64,000 bases of DNA, from contig NZ_JACBZT010000001.1 in NCBI RefSeq assembly GCF_013408985.1, positions 3,797,197-3,861,196 of the forward strand, given 5' to 3'. This DNA comes from Petropleomorpha daqingensis. Its GTDB lineage: Bacteria > Actinomycetota > Actinomycetes > Mycobacteriales > Geodermatophilaceae. The position numbers were made by a program, and so were the translations under genes. The notes beneath the pieces were generated by a model. It was given only the letters and a program-made list of their open reading frames with translations. It ran no database searches and was not told where the DNA came from. This document shows positions 10,401-19,077 of the stretch, piece after piece (within the stretch, counting starts at the first letter, position 1; each line of letters starts with the position of its first letter).

Positions 10401-11018
10401 GCCGCGGGTGGTTGGGGCAGCGCCGACACCGGCGGCGCGTGGACCGCGCAGGCCGGGGCGACCCGCCTGTCGGTGAGCCAGGCGACCGGCGGTGTCCTCG
10501 ACCTGCCCGCCGCGGGCAACAACACGGGTGCCTACCTGGGCAGCGTGTCCCAGCCGAACGCCGACGTGACGACGACGTTCACGCTGAGCTCCGCGCCGAC
10601 CGGCCTGGGCACCGACGTGTACGTCACCCCGCGCCGGATGGCGAACGGCGACGACATGCGGGTGCGCGTCCGCGTGGCTCCGGATGGTTCGGTCTCGCTG
10701 CTCTACTCTCGCCGCGTGGCTGGGGCGGAGACCTTCGGGAACACGGCGACGATCGCCGGCCTGACGTGGACCGCCGGTACGGCGTTCAACGTCCGGGTCC
10801 AGGTGACGACGACGACCAACGGTGCCAGCACGGTCCGTGCCCGCATCTGGGCCGGCACCGGCACCGAGCCGACCACCTGGCAGCTCACCCAGAACGGCGA
10901 GAACAACGCCGCGCTCCAGGGTTCCGGCTCGGTGGGCATCAGCGCCTACCGCGGCTCGACCTCGACCGCCGCCACCCAGGTCCGGGTGAGCTCGTTCGCG
11001 GCGCGGCCGATCGCGTGA
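7485..11018 (+). CDS. large secreted multidomain protein: signal peptide, beta-propeller-like repeats, LamG/concanavalin-like domain, two tandem PKD domains
   Basis: N-terminal signal peptide (RRRAPLAAVIAFGMLVLGFVVPATASA). Repeated TTFAPTxNGxV blades. LamG-like segment (WVRTTSTAGGIIAQLGD ... DDVAIY). Two PKD repeats with WNWGDxT / WQWGDNT motifs. Confidence 0.8.
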   Translation: MSAATTAAPRRRAPLAAVIAFGMLVLGFVVPATASADTRPDSGTPATVAADALPTVQVNGVVWSTVTVGNTVYATGSFTRARPAGSAAGVNETARANIVAFNLTTGVMTTFNHTLNGQGRFITASPDGTRIYVGGDFTTVDGVARGHIAAFNASTGALITTFAPTTNGIVYSLAATNTTVYAGGSFTIAGGQTRTRLAAFAASNGALSTTFAPTANHNVRGILLNPAGTRVIVAGQFSQVNGVSAVAMASVNLTGGDTQTWQYGIDASGDAAGVYSLKRDGANFYATMYGYLVGNIEGVVAFNPNDLSLVWMNDCHGDTYDTYSTGTVVYAASHSHDCETSGQFPDQNPRVWKRAIAMTVAVTGTLKATTQLPRYTSWEGRPHPSVLDWFPTIPAGTYTGQDQGSWTVTGSGNYIAFGGEFTSVNGTAQQGLVRFAATSIAPNRRGPEISAGNLRPNATSTTAGEVKVVWPQAWDMDNETLTYNLYRGSGTTPIYTTTAKTQWWNTSTMTFTDTGRAAGSTASYRVSVSDPLNNTVTSNQGNTVTVAGTTSGYSNQVLTDGAAQYWRLNESSGSTAYDSAGLTNMTERAGVTRGTAGALAGDTAITVNGTATGTAQTTATVATPTNAFSVEAWVRTTSTAGGIIAQLGDSATGANTVSDRTLYVDSGGQLSFGLSRRQGQTTTYTNTVRSTAPINNGQWHHIVAAVGTGGTTLFVDGAQVGGSATMTSANTRLASGYWMIGSGTLTPWPNAPTSSSLNGSIDDVAIYPSTLTSAQVAQHYSLATGTTTNPAPTASFTATPSGMSVSVDASASSDSNGTISSYSWNWGDSTAAGTGVTANHTYATAGSYTVTLTVTDNGGATASTSRTVNAAPPNNAPVAAFTSTVTDMSVAVDGSGSTDSDGTIATYTWQWGDNTPNGTGQTANHTYTAGGTFNVRLTVTDNLGGTNTVTHPVTIVAPQSPAFAQDAFSRTVAAGGWGSADTGGAWTAQAGATRLSVSQATGGVLDLPAAGNNTGAYLGSVSQPNADVTTTFTLSSAPTGLGTDVYVTPRRMANGDDMRVRVRVAPDGSVSLLYSRRVAGAETFGNTATIAGLTWTAGTAFNVRVQVTTTTNGASTVRARIWAGTGTEPTTWQLTQNGENNAALQGSGSVGISAYRGSTSTAATQVRVSSFAARPIA
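9850..10340 (+). repeat. tandem duplicated PKD-domain coding repeats (~240 bp each) inside the large secreted protein gene
   Basis: Two adjacent segments encode near-parallel peptides (SYSWNWGDSTAAGTGVTANHTYATAGSYTVTLTVTDNGG vs TYTWQWGDNTPNGTGQTANHTYTAGGTFNVRLTVTDNLGG). Confidence 0.5.
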
Positions 11019-11713
11019 CGGCTCCTGCACCGACCCGGCGGAGCCGCAGGGATCTGCTGCTCCGCCGGGTGCTTCCCGCACTGGCCGTGCTCGTCGTCGC
11101 CGCGGTCGTCGTCTTCCTCGTCCTCCGAGGCGGGGACGACGGCTCGGGCAACGCCGCCGCGGCGTCGTCCACGTCGGCCGCGGCTCCGTCGACCGACCTG
11201 GGGCTGGAGCCGACCGAGTCGTCGCCGAGCGTCTCGCCGTCCCCCGCGACGGAGGCGCCGGCGCCGACGGTGGTCAGCCGTCCGGGGGTGCCCGAGGCCT
11301 CGCGCACCGTGCAGGCCACCAACGGGGACTTCGCGGCCACCGCGTCGTGGTCCGACGGCGCGACGATCCGGGTCGCCGAGGCGCACCAGCAGGTCACCTC
11401 CGGCACCGGTCCCGGCGAGCTCGCCGGGCAGCCGCAGACGGTGTTCAACCTCGAGCTGGTCAACGGCACGGACAAGCCGCTGGACCTCAACACGGTCGTC
11501 GTCCAGGCCACCTACGGCTCGGGCCCGACCCAGGCGAGCCCGATCTACGACCAGAAGAGCGTCGACTTCGGCGGAACGCTGGCGCCGGGGGACACGGCCA
11601 CCGCCGTCTACTCCTTCGCCATCCCCGCCGACCAGCTGGGCAAGGTGACCCTGTCGGTCGACGTCGACGGGTTCCGCTTCCCGGCCGTGTTCTCCGGGGC
11701 CGTCCCGGCCTGA
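11015..11713 (+). CDS. membrane-anchored hypothetical protein (DUF4352-like, N-terminal TM then extracellular beta-rich domain)
   Basis: GTG start overlaps the stop of the upstream gene (GTGA). N-terminal TM helix (VLPALAVLVVAAVVVFLVL), then a Ser/Pro linker and a globular domain. Confidence 0.55.
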   Translation: MTAPAPTRRSRRDLLLRRVLPALAVLVVAAVVVFLVLRGGDDGSGNAAAASSTSAAAPSTDLGLEPTESSPSVSPSPATEAPAPTVVSRPGVPEASRTVQATNGDFAATASWSDGATIRVAEAHQQVTSGTGPGELAGQPQTVFNLELVNGTDKPLDLNTVVVQATYGSGPTQASPIYDQKSVDFGGTLAPGDTATAVYSFAIPADQLGKVTLSVDVDGFRFPAVFSGAVPA

Positions 11714-11750
11714 GCCGTCAGACCAGCGCGACCACGGCAGAAGACGCCGG

Positions 11751-11969
11751 TCACCCGCGCAGCAGCACGCCCTTGCGCCAGACGTCGCCGCGGGCGCTCT
11801 GCCACGCGGTCGGGCCGTAGACGCGGTCGACCCGGCTCTCGCCGTTCTCCTCGACCAGGACGATCAGCGCCCCACCGGCGCCGACGTGGTAGCAGTAGCG
11901 GCCGGCGGGGAGGTCGGCGTCGGGGAAGGTCGTCGTCCCCTCGCCGTCCAGGTCGATCTCGACGCTCAT
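11751..11969 (-). CDS. small hypothetical protein (~72 aa)
   Basis: ATG-initiated ORF with high GC3 (MSVEIDLDGEGTTTFPDADLPAGRYCYHVGAGGALIVLVEENGESRVDRVYGPTAWQ...). No recognisable family. Confidence 0.35.
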   Translation of the reverse strand: MSVEIDLDGEGTTTFPDADLPAGRYCYHVGAGGALIVLVEENGESRVDRVYGPTAWQSARGDVWRKGVLLRG

Positions 11970-12298
11970 GCGTGCCAGCCCTTCTGCGCTCCCCGGGGCG
12001 GATGAGGAGATCCGGCGGTACCCGGACGAGGCCGCCGTTCGGCTCATCGGTGCTGGTCGGAGCCCTGATCGCGCCGTTCCTGACCGCATCCAGGGCGTGC
12101 CGGAGCACTTTGCAGTCGGTCGATCACACAACGTGACTACGAGTGAAGACCGTTAACCCATGGCGTGACAACGGTCCGCCGCAGGGCTGACAAAGCTTCA
12201 GATCGGGCACCGCGGCGCCGGATCCTCGCTTCCAACGCCGCGACGGCGGGCCACCCCGGCCCGTCCCGGTCGGTGCGCATCCCCCAGGAGCAACCCCC

Positions 12299-12505
12299 GT
12301 GATGAACTCGTTCGCCACCCTGGCCACGCTCGTGGCCTTCGCCAAGGACCGCCTGCAGCGCGAGGAGAAGGGCGCCACCGCCGTCGAGTACGGCCTCATG
12401 GTCGGCCTGATCGCCGCCGTCATCGTCGGCACCGTGCTGCTGCTCGGCGGTCAGCTCAACGACCTCTTCACGATGGTCACCGACGCCCTCCCCGGCGGCA
12501 ACTGA
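12299..12505 (+). CDS. flp: Flp family type IVb pilin
   Basis: Prepilin motif KGATAVEYGLMVGLIAAVIV (G/ATAVEY processing site) followed by a hydrophobic helix, 68 aa. AGGAG ribosome-binding site upstream. Confidence 0.85.
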   Translation: MMNSFATLATLVAFAKDRLQREEKGATAVEYGLMVGLIAAVIVGTVLLLGGQLNDLFTMVTDALPGGN

Positions 12506-12593
12506 TCCCTCGAGCACGTCCCTGCGGCGCAGCGGCCCGTCCCCCGCGGGCTGCTGCGCCGCACCCACGTCGATGCACGGAAGGAGGGCCGCG

Positions 12594-12989
12594 ATGACCT
12601 GGCGACGACTGCGCGACGAGCGCGGCGCCAGCGCGGTGGAGTTCGCGCTGATCGTGCCGCTGCTGGTGCTGCTCGTGGTCGGCATCGTCGAGTTCGGCCA
12701 CGCCTTCCAGGTGCAGGGCCAGCTCTCGGCGGCCGCCCGCGAGGGCGTCCGTGCGATGGCGCTGCAGAACGACCCGGCCGCGGCGCGCACCGCCGTCCGC
12801 AACGCGACCTCCACCTTCGACCCCGCGGTCACCGACGCCGAGATCAGCATCACGCCGGCCGCCTGCCCGCTGGTCGGCGGCAGCAGCACCGTGCGGCTGA
12901 CCGTCGACTACGACATGCCGTTCCTCACCGGGCTGTTCGGCGCCGGCGTGGACCTGTCCGCGACGGGGGTCATGCGATGCAACGGCTGA
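12594..12989 (+). CDS. tadE: TadE-like pseudopilin
   Basis: ERGASAVEFALIVPLLVLLVVGIVEFG TadE N-terminal motif. AAGGAGGG ribosome-binding site upstream of ATG 12594. Confidence 0.75.
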   Translation: MTWRRLRDERGASAVEFALIVPLLVLLVVGIVEFGHAFQVQGQLSAAAREGVRAMALQNDPAAARTAVRNATSTFDPAVTDAEISITPAACPLVGGSSTVRLTVDYDMPFLTGLFGAGVDLSATGVMRCNG

Positions 12990-13924
12990 CCCGCCGGCTG
13001 CGGCGCGACGAGCGCGGCGCGGCGGCCGTCGTCCTCTCGCTGCTCATGGTGCCGATGCTGGGCTTCACCGCCCTCGCCGTCGACGTGGGCGCCGTCTACG
13101 CCGAGAAGGCCCGGCTGCAGACCGCCGCCGACGCGGCCGCCCTCGCCGTGGCGCAGGACTGCGCCCGCGGGAACTGCGGCGACATGCTCGCCACCGCGAC
13201 CGCGATCGTCGCGGCCAACAACGGCGGCGCGACCTCGCGGCCGCCGGTGCTGAACTCGGCCCCGACGAGCGTGACCGTCACCGGCGACAAGCCGGTGCAG
13301 CACTGGTTCGCGCCGGTCATCGGCATCGACTCGACCGCCGTGTCGGCCACCGCGACCGTCGCGTGGGGCAACCCGGGCGCCGGGACGGCGGAGCTGCCGC
13401 TGACCTTCTCCTGGTGCGAGTTCGCCGCGCAGACCGGCGGCGGCCTGCCGTCGGGCACCACGGTCCGGACGATCAAGTTCACCAAGACCTCCGGCACCGG
13501 CTGCACGGGTCCGTCGCACAACGTCGTCCCCGGCGGCTTCGCCTACCTCGACACGAACCCCGGCCACTGCGAGGCGACCAGCGCCCGCGGCGGCAAGTCC
13601 TACTCGTCGACCGGCAACAGCGTCCCGTCGCCCTGCTCGGCGGCCGACTTCGCGGCGCTGGTCGGGCACACGGTGCTGCTGCCCCTGTTCGACAACTGGG
13701 GCGAGACCGGCAGCAACGCCTGGTACCACGTCTACGGCTACGCCGCGTTCAAGATCACCGGCTACTTCTTCGGCGGCCAGTTCCGCACCAGCCCGCAGCC
13801 CTGCAGCGGCAACGAGCGCTGCGTCGCCGGCTACTTCACGCGCTTCGTGGACCTCTCCGAGCGCTTCACCTACACCAACGACGGCCCGGACCTCGGCGCC
13901 TCGATCCTCCGTCTGGTCCGCTAG
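12977..13924 (+). CDS. TadG/TadE-like pilus assembly protein (Tad-associated pseudopilin)
   Basis: N-terminal ERGAAAVVLSLLMVPMLGFTALAVDVG prepilin-like segment, Cys-rich extracellular domain. Overlaps the tadE stop. Confidence 0.7.
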   Translation: MQRLTRRLRRDERGAAAVVLSLLMVPMLGFTALAVDVGAVYAEKARLQTAADAAALAVAQDCARGNCGDMLATATAIVAANNGGATSRPPVLNSAPTSVTVTGDKPVQHWFAPVIGIDSTAVSATATVAWGNPGAGTAELPLTFSWCEFAAQTGGGLPSGTTVRTIKFTKTSGTGCTGPSHNVVPGGFAYLDTNPGHCEATSARGGKSYSSTGNSVPSPCSAADFAALVGHTVLLPLFDNWGETGSNAWYHVYGYAAFKITGYFFGGQFRTSPQPCSGNERCVAGYFTRFVDLSERFTYTNDGPDLGASILRLVR

Positions 13925-13936
13925 GAGCTTCCCCCG

Positions 13937-14677
13937 ATGAGACGCCGATTGCTCGCCGCCTTCGCGGCCCTGGTGCTGACCCTGGTCGGCGGGGTCGTGC
14001 TCGTGGCCTACGTGCGCGGTGCCGACGCGCGCGCCGCCGCGGGCCTGCAGACCGTGCAGGTGCTGGTGGTCCAGGAGCTCGTGCCCGCGGGCACCCCGGC
14101 CGACCAGCTCGCCGACAAGGTCGACACCGAGCTCGTCCCGGCCAAGACCGCCGTCGCCGGCCGGGTCGCCGACCTGGCCGACCTCGCCGGGAGGGTGGCG
14201 ACGGTGGACCTCCAGCCGGGGGAGCAGCTGCTCGCCAGCCGGTTCAAGGTCCCCGGTGACCTGCGCGCGGCCGGCACCGTCGACGTCCCCGCGGGCAAGC
14301 AGGAGGTGAGCGTGCTGCTCGATCCGCAGCGCGCCGTCGGCGGCCGGCTGGCGGCGGGGGACACGGTGGGGGTCTACCTCTCGATGACCGACCCCACCGC
14401 GAGCACCCACGGCGTGCTGCACGGGGTGCTGGTCACCCAGGTGCAGGGCGCGCCGGCGGCGCCGTCGGACGGCGCGGACACCCAGACGGCGAGCGCCGGC
14501 TCGGCGGCACCGACCGGCAGCCTGATGGTCACCCTCGCGCTCACGGCCCGTGACGCGGAGGAGGTCGTCTTCGGCGCCGAGCACGGGACGCTGTGGCTCT
14601 CCCTCGAGCCGGACGGCGCCGACAACTCGGGCACCCAGGTGGTCACCCCCGACAACGTGTACGGAGGTCGGCCATGA
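13937..14677 (+). CDS. cpaB: Flp pilus assembly protein CpaB (RcpC-like)
   Basis: N-terminal TM segment, SAF/CpaB-like domain architecture, position within the tad operon. Confidence 0.75.
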   Translation: MRRRLLAAFAALVLTLVGGVVLVAYVRGADARAAAGLQTVQVLVVQELVPAGTPADQLADKVDTELVPAKTAVAGRVADLADLAGRVATVDLQPGEQLLASRFKVPGDLRAAGTVDVPAGKQEVSVLLDPQRAVGGRLAAGDTVGVYLSMTDPTASTHGVLHGVLVTQVQGAPAAPSDGADTQTASAGSAAPTGSLMVTLALTARDAEEVVFGAEHGTLWLSLEPDGADNSGTQVVTPDNVYGGRP

Positions 14678-15858
14678 GCCGCGTCGTGCTCGGCGGCGCC
14701 GACGAGGAGCTCGCGCTGCGGATCAAGGAGGCGGCGGACGGCGACGTCCTCCTGCTGCCCCCCGGGCGGCTGCCGACCGACCCGGCCCGGCTGTTCGAGC
14801 AGCTCGTGGACGGGGAGCTACCCGAGGTGCTCGTGCTCGGGCCGGAGACCAGCCCGGCCGAGGCGCTGAACCTGGCGGCCCGGCTCGACGCCCAGTGCCC
14901 CGGGATCAGCGTCGTCCTCGTCGCCGATCCCTCGCCGACGCTGTGGCAGACGGCCATGCGCTCCGGGGTGCGCGACGTCGTCCCGTCGGCGACCGACGTG
15001 GCCGAGCTGCGGGCGGCGATCGACCGGGCGGCGCAGGCCGCGTCGGGCCGGCGCCGCGTGCTGCGGCCGGTGGAGGAGACCGCCCGCTACACGGGCCGGG
15101 TGATCACCGTCGCCTCGCCCAAGGGCGGGGTCGGCAAGACCACGGTGAGCACCAACCTGGCGATCGGGCTGACCCAGGCGGCGCCGCAGTCCACCGTGCT
15201 GGTGGACCTCGACGTGCAGTTCGGCGACGTCGCCTCCGCGCTCGGGCTGGCGCCGGAGTACGCGCTGCCCGACGTGGTGGCCGGCCCGGCCGCGGAGGAC
15301 ACCATGGTCCTCAAGACGTTCCTCACCCAGCACCCCAGCGGGCTCTACGCGGTCTGCGGTGCCGAGTCACCGGCCGCCGGCGACACCGTCTCGGGGGCCG
15401 ACGTCGGCCGGCTGCTGGCCGCGCTCGCACGGGAGTTCCGCTACGTCGTCGTCGACACCGCGCCGGGGCTGTCGGAACCGACGCTGGCCGCGCTGGACCG
15501 GGCCACCGACGTCGTGATGCTGACCAGCATGGACGTCCCCGGCGTCCGGGGACTGCGCAAGGAGCTCGACGTGCTGCGCGAGCTGTGCATGATCCCGGCC
15601 GGCCGGCACGTCGTCATGAACTTCGCCGACCCCAAGGGCGGGCTGTCCGTGCGCGACGTGGAGACGACGATCGGCAGCGGCGTGGACGTCGTCCTGCCCT
15701 GGTCCAAGGCCGTGCCCGCCAGCACGAACGCGGGCGTGCCGCTGCTGCAGAGCGGCCGCAAGGACCCGATGGCCAAGGAGCTGCGCCGGCTGGTGGCGCG
15801 GTTCGCCGCGACGCCGCTCAAGCAGGGGCGCCGCGCGAAGCACCGGGCGGCGTCGTGA
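14674..15858 (+). CDS. cpaE: CpaE/TadZ pilus assembly ATPase (receiver-like N-domain plus MinD/ParA-like ATPase)
   Basis: Deviant Walker A SPKGGVGKTT motif. ATGA start/stop overlap with cpaB. Confidence 0.8.
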   Translation: MSRVVLGGADEELALRIKEAADGDVLLLPPGRLPTDPARLFEQLVDGELPEVLVLGPETSPAEALNLAARLDAQCPGISVVLVADPSPTLWQTAMRSGVRDVVPSATDVAELRAAIDRAAQAASGRRRVLRPVEETARYTGRVITVASPKGGVGKTTVSTNLAIGLTQAAPQSTVLVDLDVQFGDVASALGLAPEYALPDVVAGPAAEDTMVLKTFLTQHPSGLYAVCGAESPAAGDTVSGADVGRLLAALAREFRYVVVDTAPGLSEPTLAALDRATDVVMLTSMDVPGVRGLRKELDVLRELCMIPAGRHVVMNFADPKGGLSVRDVETTIGSGVDVVLPWSKAVPASTNAGVPLLQSGRKDPMAKELRRLVARFAATPLKQGRRAKHRAAS

Positions 15859-17246
15859 ACCTCTCCTCGCGGCTCGAGGCCGCGCGCCTGCCGCAGCCCA
15901 GCTCGGCTGTGCCCGTGCCACGGCCGCCGGTGCCCGTGCCGCCACCGCCGACCGACGCGCTGACCCGGCTCAAGGACCGCGTCGGCAAGGCGCTGTTCGA
16001 GCGGGTCGGCAGCCGGATGAACGACCCGTCGCTGGGCGAGGCGGCCCTGCGCGCCCTCGTGCTGGCCGAGCTGGACGCCGTCGTCGACGAGGAGAAGGTG
16101 CCGCTCTCGGCCGAGGAGCGGCAGCGGCTGACCGCCGAGCTGGCCGACGACGCCCTGGGTCTGGGTCCGCTGCAGCGGCTGCTCGACGACGGCAGCGTCA
16201 CCGAGATCATGGTGAACGGGCCGGAGAACATCTACGTCGAGAAGGACGGCCGGCTGACCCGCACGGCGGCCCGGTTCACCTCCGAGGAGCACCTGCGGCG
16301 GGTCATCGACCGGATCGTGTCCAAGGTGGGACGGCGGATCGACGAGAGCTCGCCGCTGGTCGACGCCCGCCTGTCCGACGGCTCGCGCGTGAACGCGATC
16401 ATCCCGCCGCTGGCCTTCAGCGGGTCGACGCTGACCATCCGCAAGTTCTCGAAGGACCCGTTCACCGTCGAGGACCTGCTCGGCTTCGGCACGCTCTCGC
16501 CGGAGATGGCCGAGCTGCTGCGCGCGTGCGTCGAGGCCCGGCTCAACGTCATCGTCTCCGGGGGCACCGGCACCGGGAAGACGACGCTGCTCAACGTGCT
16601 GTCCTCGTTCATCCCGGAGGACGAGCGGATCGTCACCATCGAGGACGCCGTCGAGCTGCAGCTGCAGCAGGAGCACGTCGTCCGGCTGGAGTCGCGGCCG
16701 CCGAACATCGAGGGCAAGGGCGCGATCACCATCCGCGACCTGGTCCGCAACTCGCTGCGGATGCGGCCCGACCGGATCGTGGTCGGGGAGTGCCGTGGCG
16801 GGGAGTCCCTCGACATGCTGCAGGCGATGAACACCGGCCACGACGGCTCGCTGTCCACGGTGCACGCCAACTCGCCGCGGGACGCGATCGCGCGGCTGGA
16901 GACCCTCGTGCTCATGGCCGGCATGGACCTGCCGCTGCGGGCGATCCGCGAGCAGATCGCCTCGGCCGTCGACGTCGTCGTCCAGCTGACCCGGCTGCGC
17001 GACGGCACCCGGCGGGTCACCCACGTGACCGAGGTGCAGGGCATGGAGGGCGAGACGGTCACGCTGCAGGACGCCTTCTTGTTCGACTACTCGGCCGGCG
17101 TCGACGCGGCCGGCCGCTTCCTCGGCAAGCCGGTGCCCACCGGTGTGCGGCCGCGGTTCACCGACCGGTTCACCGAGCTCGGCATCGAGATCTCGCCCCG
17201 GGTCTTCGGCATGCTGCAGCCCCCGCGACCGCAGAGGTGGGGCTGA
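15855..17246 (+). CDS. cpaF: CpaF/TadA secretion ATPase
   Basis: Walker A GGTGTGKTTLLN, Asp box, His box (TGHDGSLSTVHANS), typical VirB11/TadA family. GTGA overlap with cpaE. Confidence 0.9.
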   Translation: MNLSSRLEAARLPQPSSAVPVPRPPVPVPPPPTDALTRLKDRVGKALFERVGSRMNDPSLGEAALRALVLAELDAVVDEEKVPLSAEERQRLTAELADDALGLGPLQRLLDDGSVTEIMVNGPENIYVEKDGRLTRTAARFTSEEHLRRVIDRIVSKVGRRIDESSPLVDARLSDGSRVNAIIPPLAFSGSTLTIRKFSKDPFTVEDLLGFGTLSPEMAELLRACVEARLNVIVSGGTGTGKTTLLNVLSSFIPEDERIVTIEDAVELQLQQEHVVRLESRPPNIEGKGAITIRDLVRNSLRMRPDRIVVGECRGGESLDMLQAMNTGHDGSLSTVHANSPRDAIARLETLVLMAGMDLPLRAIREQIASAVDVVVQLTRLRDGTRRVTHVTEVQGMEGETVTLQDAFLFDYSAGVDAAGRFLGKPVPTGVRPRFTDRFTELGIEISPRVFGMLQPPRPQRWG

Positions 17247-18187
17247 TGTCGCCGGCGCTGCTGGTCGCCGGGCTGGTCGCGGTCACCGGTGCGCTGCTGC
17301 TGCTGGCGCTGGTCGTCGTCCCGCCGGGGCACGGGCGGGTGCCGCTGGCCCGCCTGGACCCGTCGGTCGCGCCGCAGTCCTCGGCGCTGGCCGGCGCGGG
17401 TGCCGCGGCCGGGGCGGCGGTGGAGAAGGTGCTCGCCCGCCGCGGCCGGCTCGCGGCCGGTCAGGCGGCCCTCGAGCGCGCCGGGGTGTCGATGAGCCTG
17501 GCCGACGTCGTCCTGGTCACCGGCCTGCTGACCGTGGGCGCGGGCGTGCTCGGCGCGCTGCTGGGCGGCCCCTTGCTGGCCGCACTGGCGGTCGTCGTCA
17601 GCCCGTTCGGGACCCGGCTCTGGCTGTCGCTGAAGTCGGCGCGGCGACGGGCCGCCTTCGCCGACCAGCTGGAGGACTCGCTGCAGCTGATGGCGAGCAG
17701 CCTGCGGGCCGGCCACAGCGTGCTGCGCGCGGTGGACTCGGTCGCCCAGGAGGCCGCCGCCCCGACGTCGGAGGAGTTCGCGCGGATCGTCGTCGAGACG
17801 CGGGTCGGCCGGGACCTCACCGCGGCGCTGGACGAGACCGCCGAGCGGATGGGCAGCGACGACTTCAGCTGGGTCGCCCAGGCCATCGCCATCCAGCGCG
17901 AGGTCGGCGGCAACCTCGCCGAGGTGCTCGACGCGGTGAGCGGGACGATCCGCGAGCGCAACGCGATCCGCCGCCAGGTCAAGGCGCTGGCCGCCGAGGG
18001 GAAGCTCTCGGCGATCGTGCTGATGGCGCTGCCGTTCGGCGTCTGCCTGTTCATCTCGGTGACCAACCCGGTCTACCTGTCGATGTTCACCTCGACCCCG
18101 ATCGGCTGGCTGCTGCTCGCCGTCTGCTGCGGCCTGCTGGTCGGCGGCGGGCTGTGGCTCAAGAAGATGGTGAGCATCCGGTTCTGA
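17246..18187 (+). CDS. tadB: TadB (T2SS-F family inner-membrane platform protein)
   Basis: T2SSF-like cytoplasmic domain plus TM helices. ATGA-type overlap with cpaF. Confidence 0.8.
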   Translation: MSPALLVAGLVAVTGALLLLALVVVPPGHGRVPLARLDPSVAPQSSALAGAGAAAGAAVEKVLARRGRLAAGQAALERAGVSMSLADVVLVTGLLTVGAGVLGALLGGPLLAALAVVVSPFGTRLWLSLKSARRRAAFADQLEDSLQLMASSLRAGHSVLRAVDSVAQEAAAPTSEEFARIVVETRVGRDLTAALDETAERMGSDDFSWVAQAIAIQREVGGNLAEVLDAVSGTIRERNAIRRQVKALAAEGKLSAIVLMALPFGVCLFISVTNPVYLSMFTSTPIGWLLLAVCCGLLVGGGLWLKKMVSIRF

Positions 18188-19077
18188 TGAGCATCCCGCC
18201 TCTCGTCCTCGCCGCCGCCGGCGCGGTGGCCCTCGCCGTGCCCCTGCTCGGCTGGGCGCTCCTCGCCCGGACCGACCCCGCCGCGGTCGCCGCCCGCGAC
18301 AACCTGGTGCGCGGCTACGCGCCGGCCGCCGGCGGGCCGAGCCGCACCGGGCCCGGCGCGGTCAGCCGGCTGGCCCGCGCCCTCACCCCCGGCGGCACCC
18401 TGGCCCGGCTCGACCGGCTGCTCACCACCGCGGGGCGTCCGGCCGGGTGGCCGCTGCCGCGGGTGATCGCGGCCAAGCTCGTGCTCGCCGCGGTGTCCGG
18501 GGGGCTCGGCGCGCTGCTGGTGTCCGCCAAGCCCGGCCTGCCGATCGTGCTGCTGATGGGCGCGGTGACGGTGGTGTGCTGGTTCGTGCCGGACCTGCTG
18601 CTGCTCAGCCGCGGCCAGGAGCGGCAGCAGGCGATCGGCCTCGAGCTCGCCGACACCCTCGACCAGATGACGATCGCCGTGGAGGCCGGGCTCGGCTTCG
18701 AGGCGGCGATGGCCCGCACCGCGCGCAACGGCAAGGGCGCGCTGGCCGAGGAGCTCGTGCGCACGCTGCAGGACATCGCGGTCGGCCAGCCGCGCCGGGA
18801 GGCGTACCTGTCGCTCGCCGAGCGCACCGGCGTGCCCGACCTGCGCCGCTTCGTGCGGGCCGTCGTCCAGGCCGACCAGTACGGCATCTCGATCGCCGAC
18901 GTGCTGCGCACCCAGGCGGGGGAGATGCGGCTCAAGCGTCGTCAGCGGGCCGAGCAGAAGGCGATGCAGATCCCGGTCAAGGTGATCTTCCCGCTGATCC
19001 TCTGCATCCTGCCGACGCTGTTCATCGTGCTGCTGGCCCCGGCGGTCATGCGGATCGTCGAGGCCTTCAGCCACTGA
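18187..19077 (+). CDS. tadC: TadC (T2SS-F family platform protein)
   Basis: Paralogous T2SSF-like architecture. ATGA overlap with tadB. Last gene of the tad operon. Confidence 0.8.
   Translation: MSIPPLVLAAAGAVALAVPLLGWALLARTDPAAVAARDNLVRGYAPAAGGPSRTGPGAVSRLARALTPGGTLARLDRLLTTAGRPAGWPLPRVIAAKLVLAAVSGGLGALLVSAKPGLPIVLLMGAVTVVCWFVPDLLLLSRGQERQQAIGLELADTLDQMTIAVEAGLGFEAAMARTARNGKGALAEELVRTLQDIAVGQPRREAYLSLAERTGVPDLRRFVRAVVQADQYGISIADVLRTQAGEMRLKRRQRAEQKAMQIPVKVIFPLILCILPTLFIVLLAPAVMRIVEAFSH

Noticed and set aside
7359-11081. 1240-aa ORF on the minus strand
   Set aside because: Exactly antisense to the well-supported 7485..11018 secreted protein gene. Arg/Gly/Val-rich composition typical of GC-rich antisense frames.
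12908-14584. 558-aa minus-strand ORF across the tad locus
   Set aside because: Antisense to tadG-like and cpaB. No recognisable motifs.
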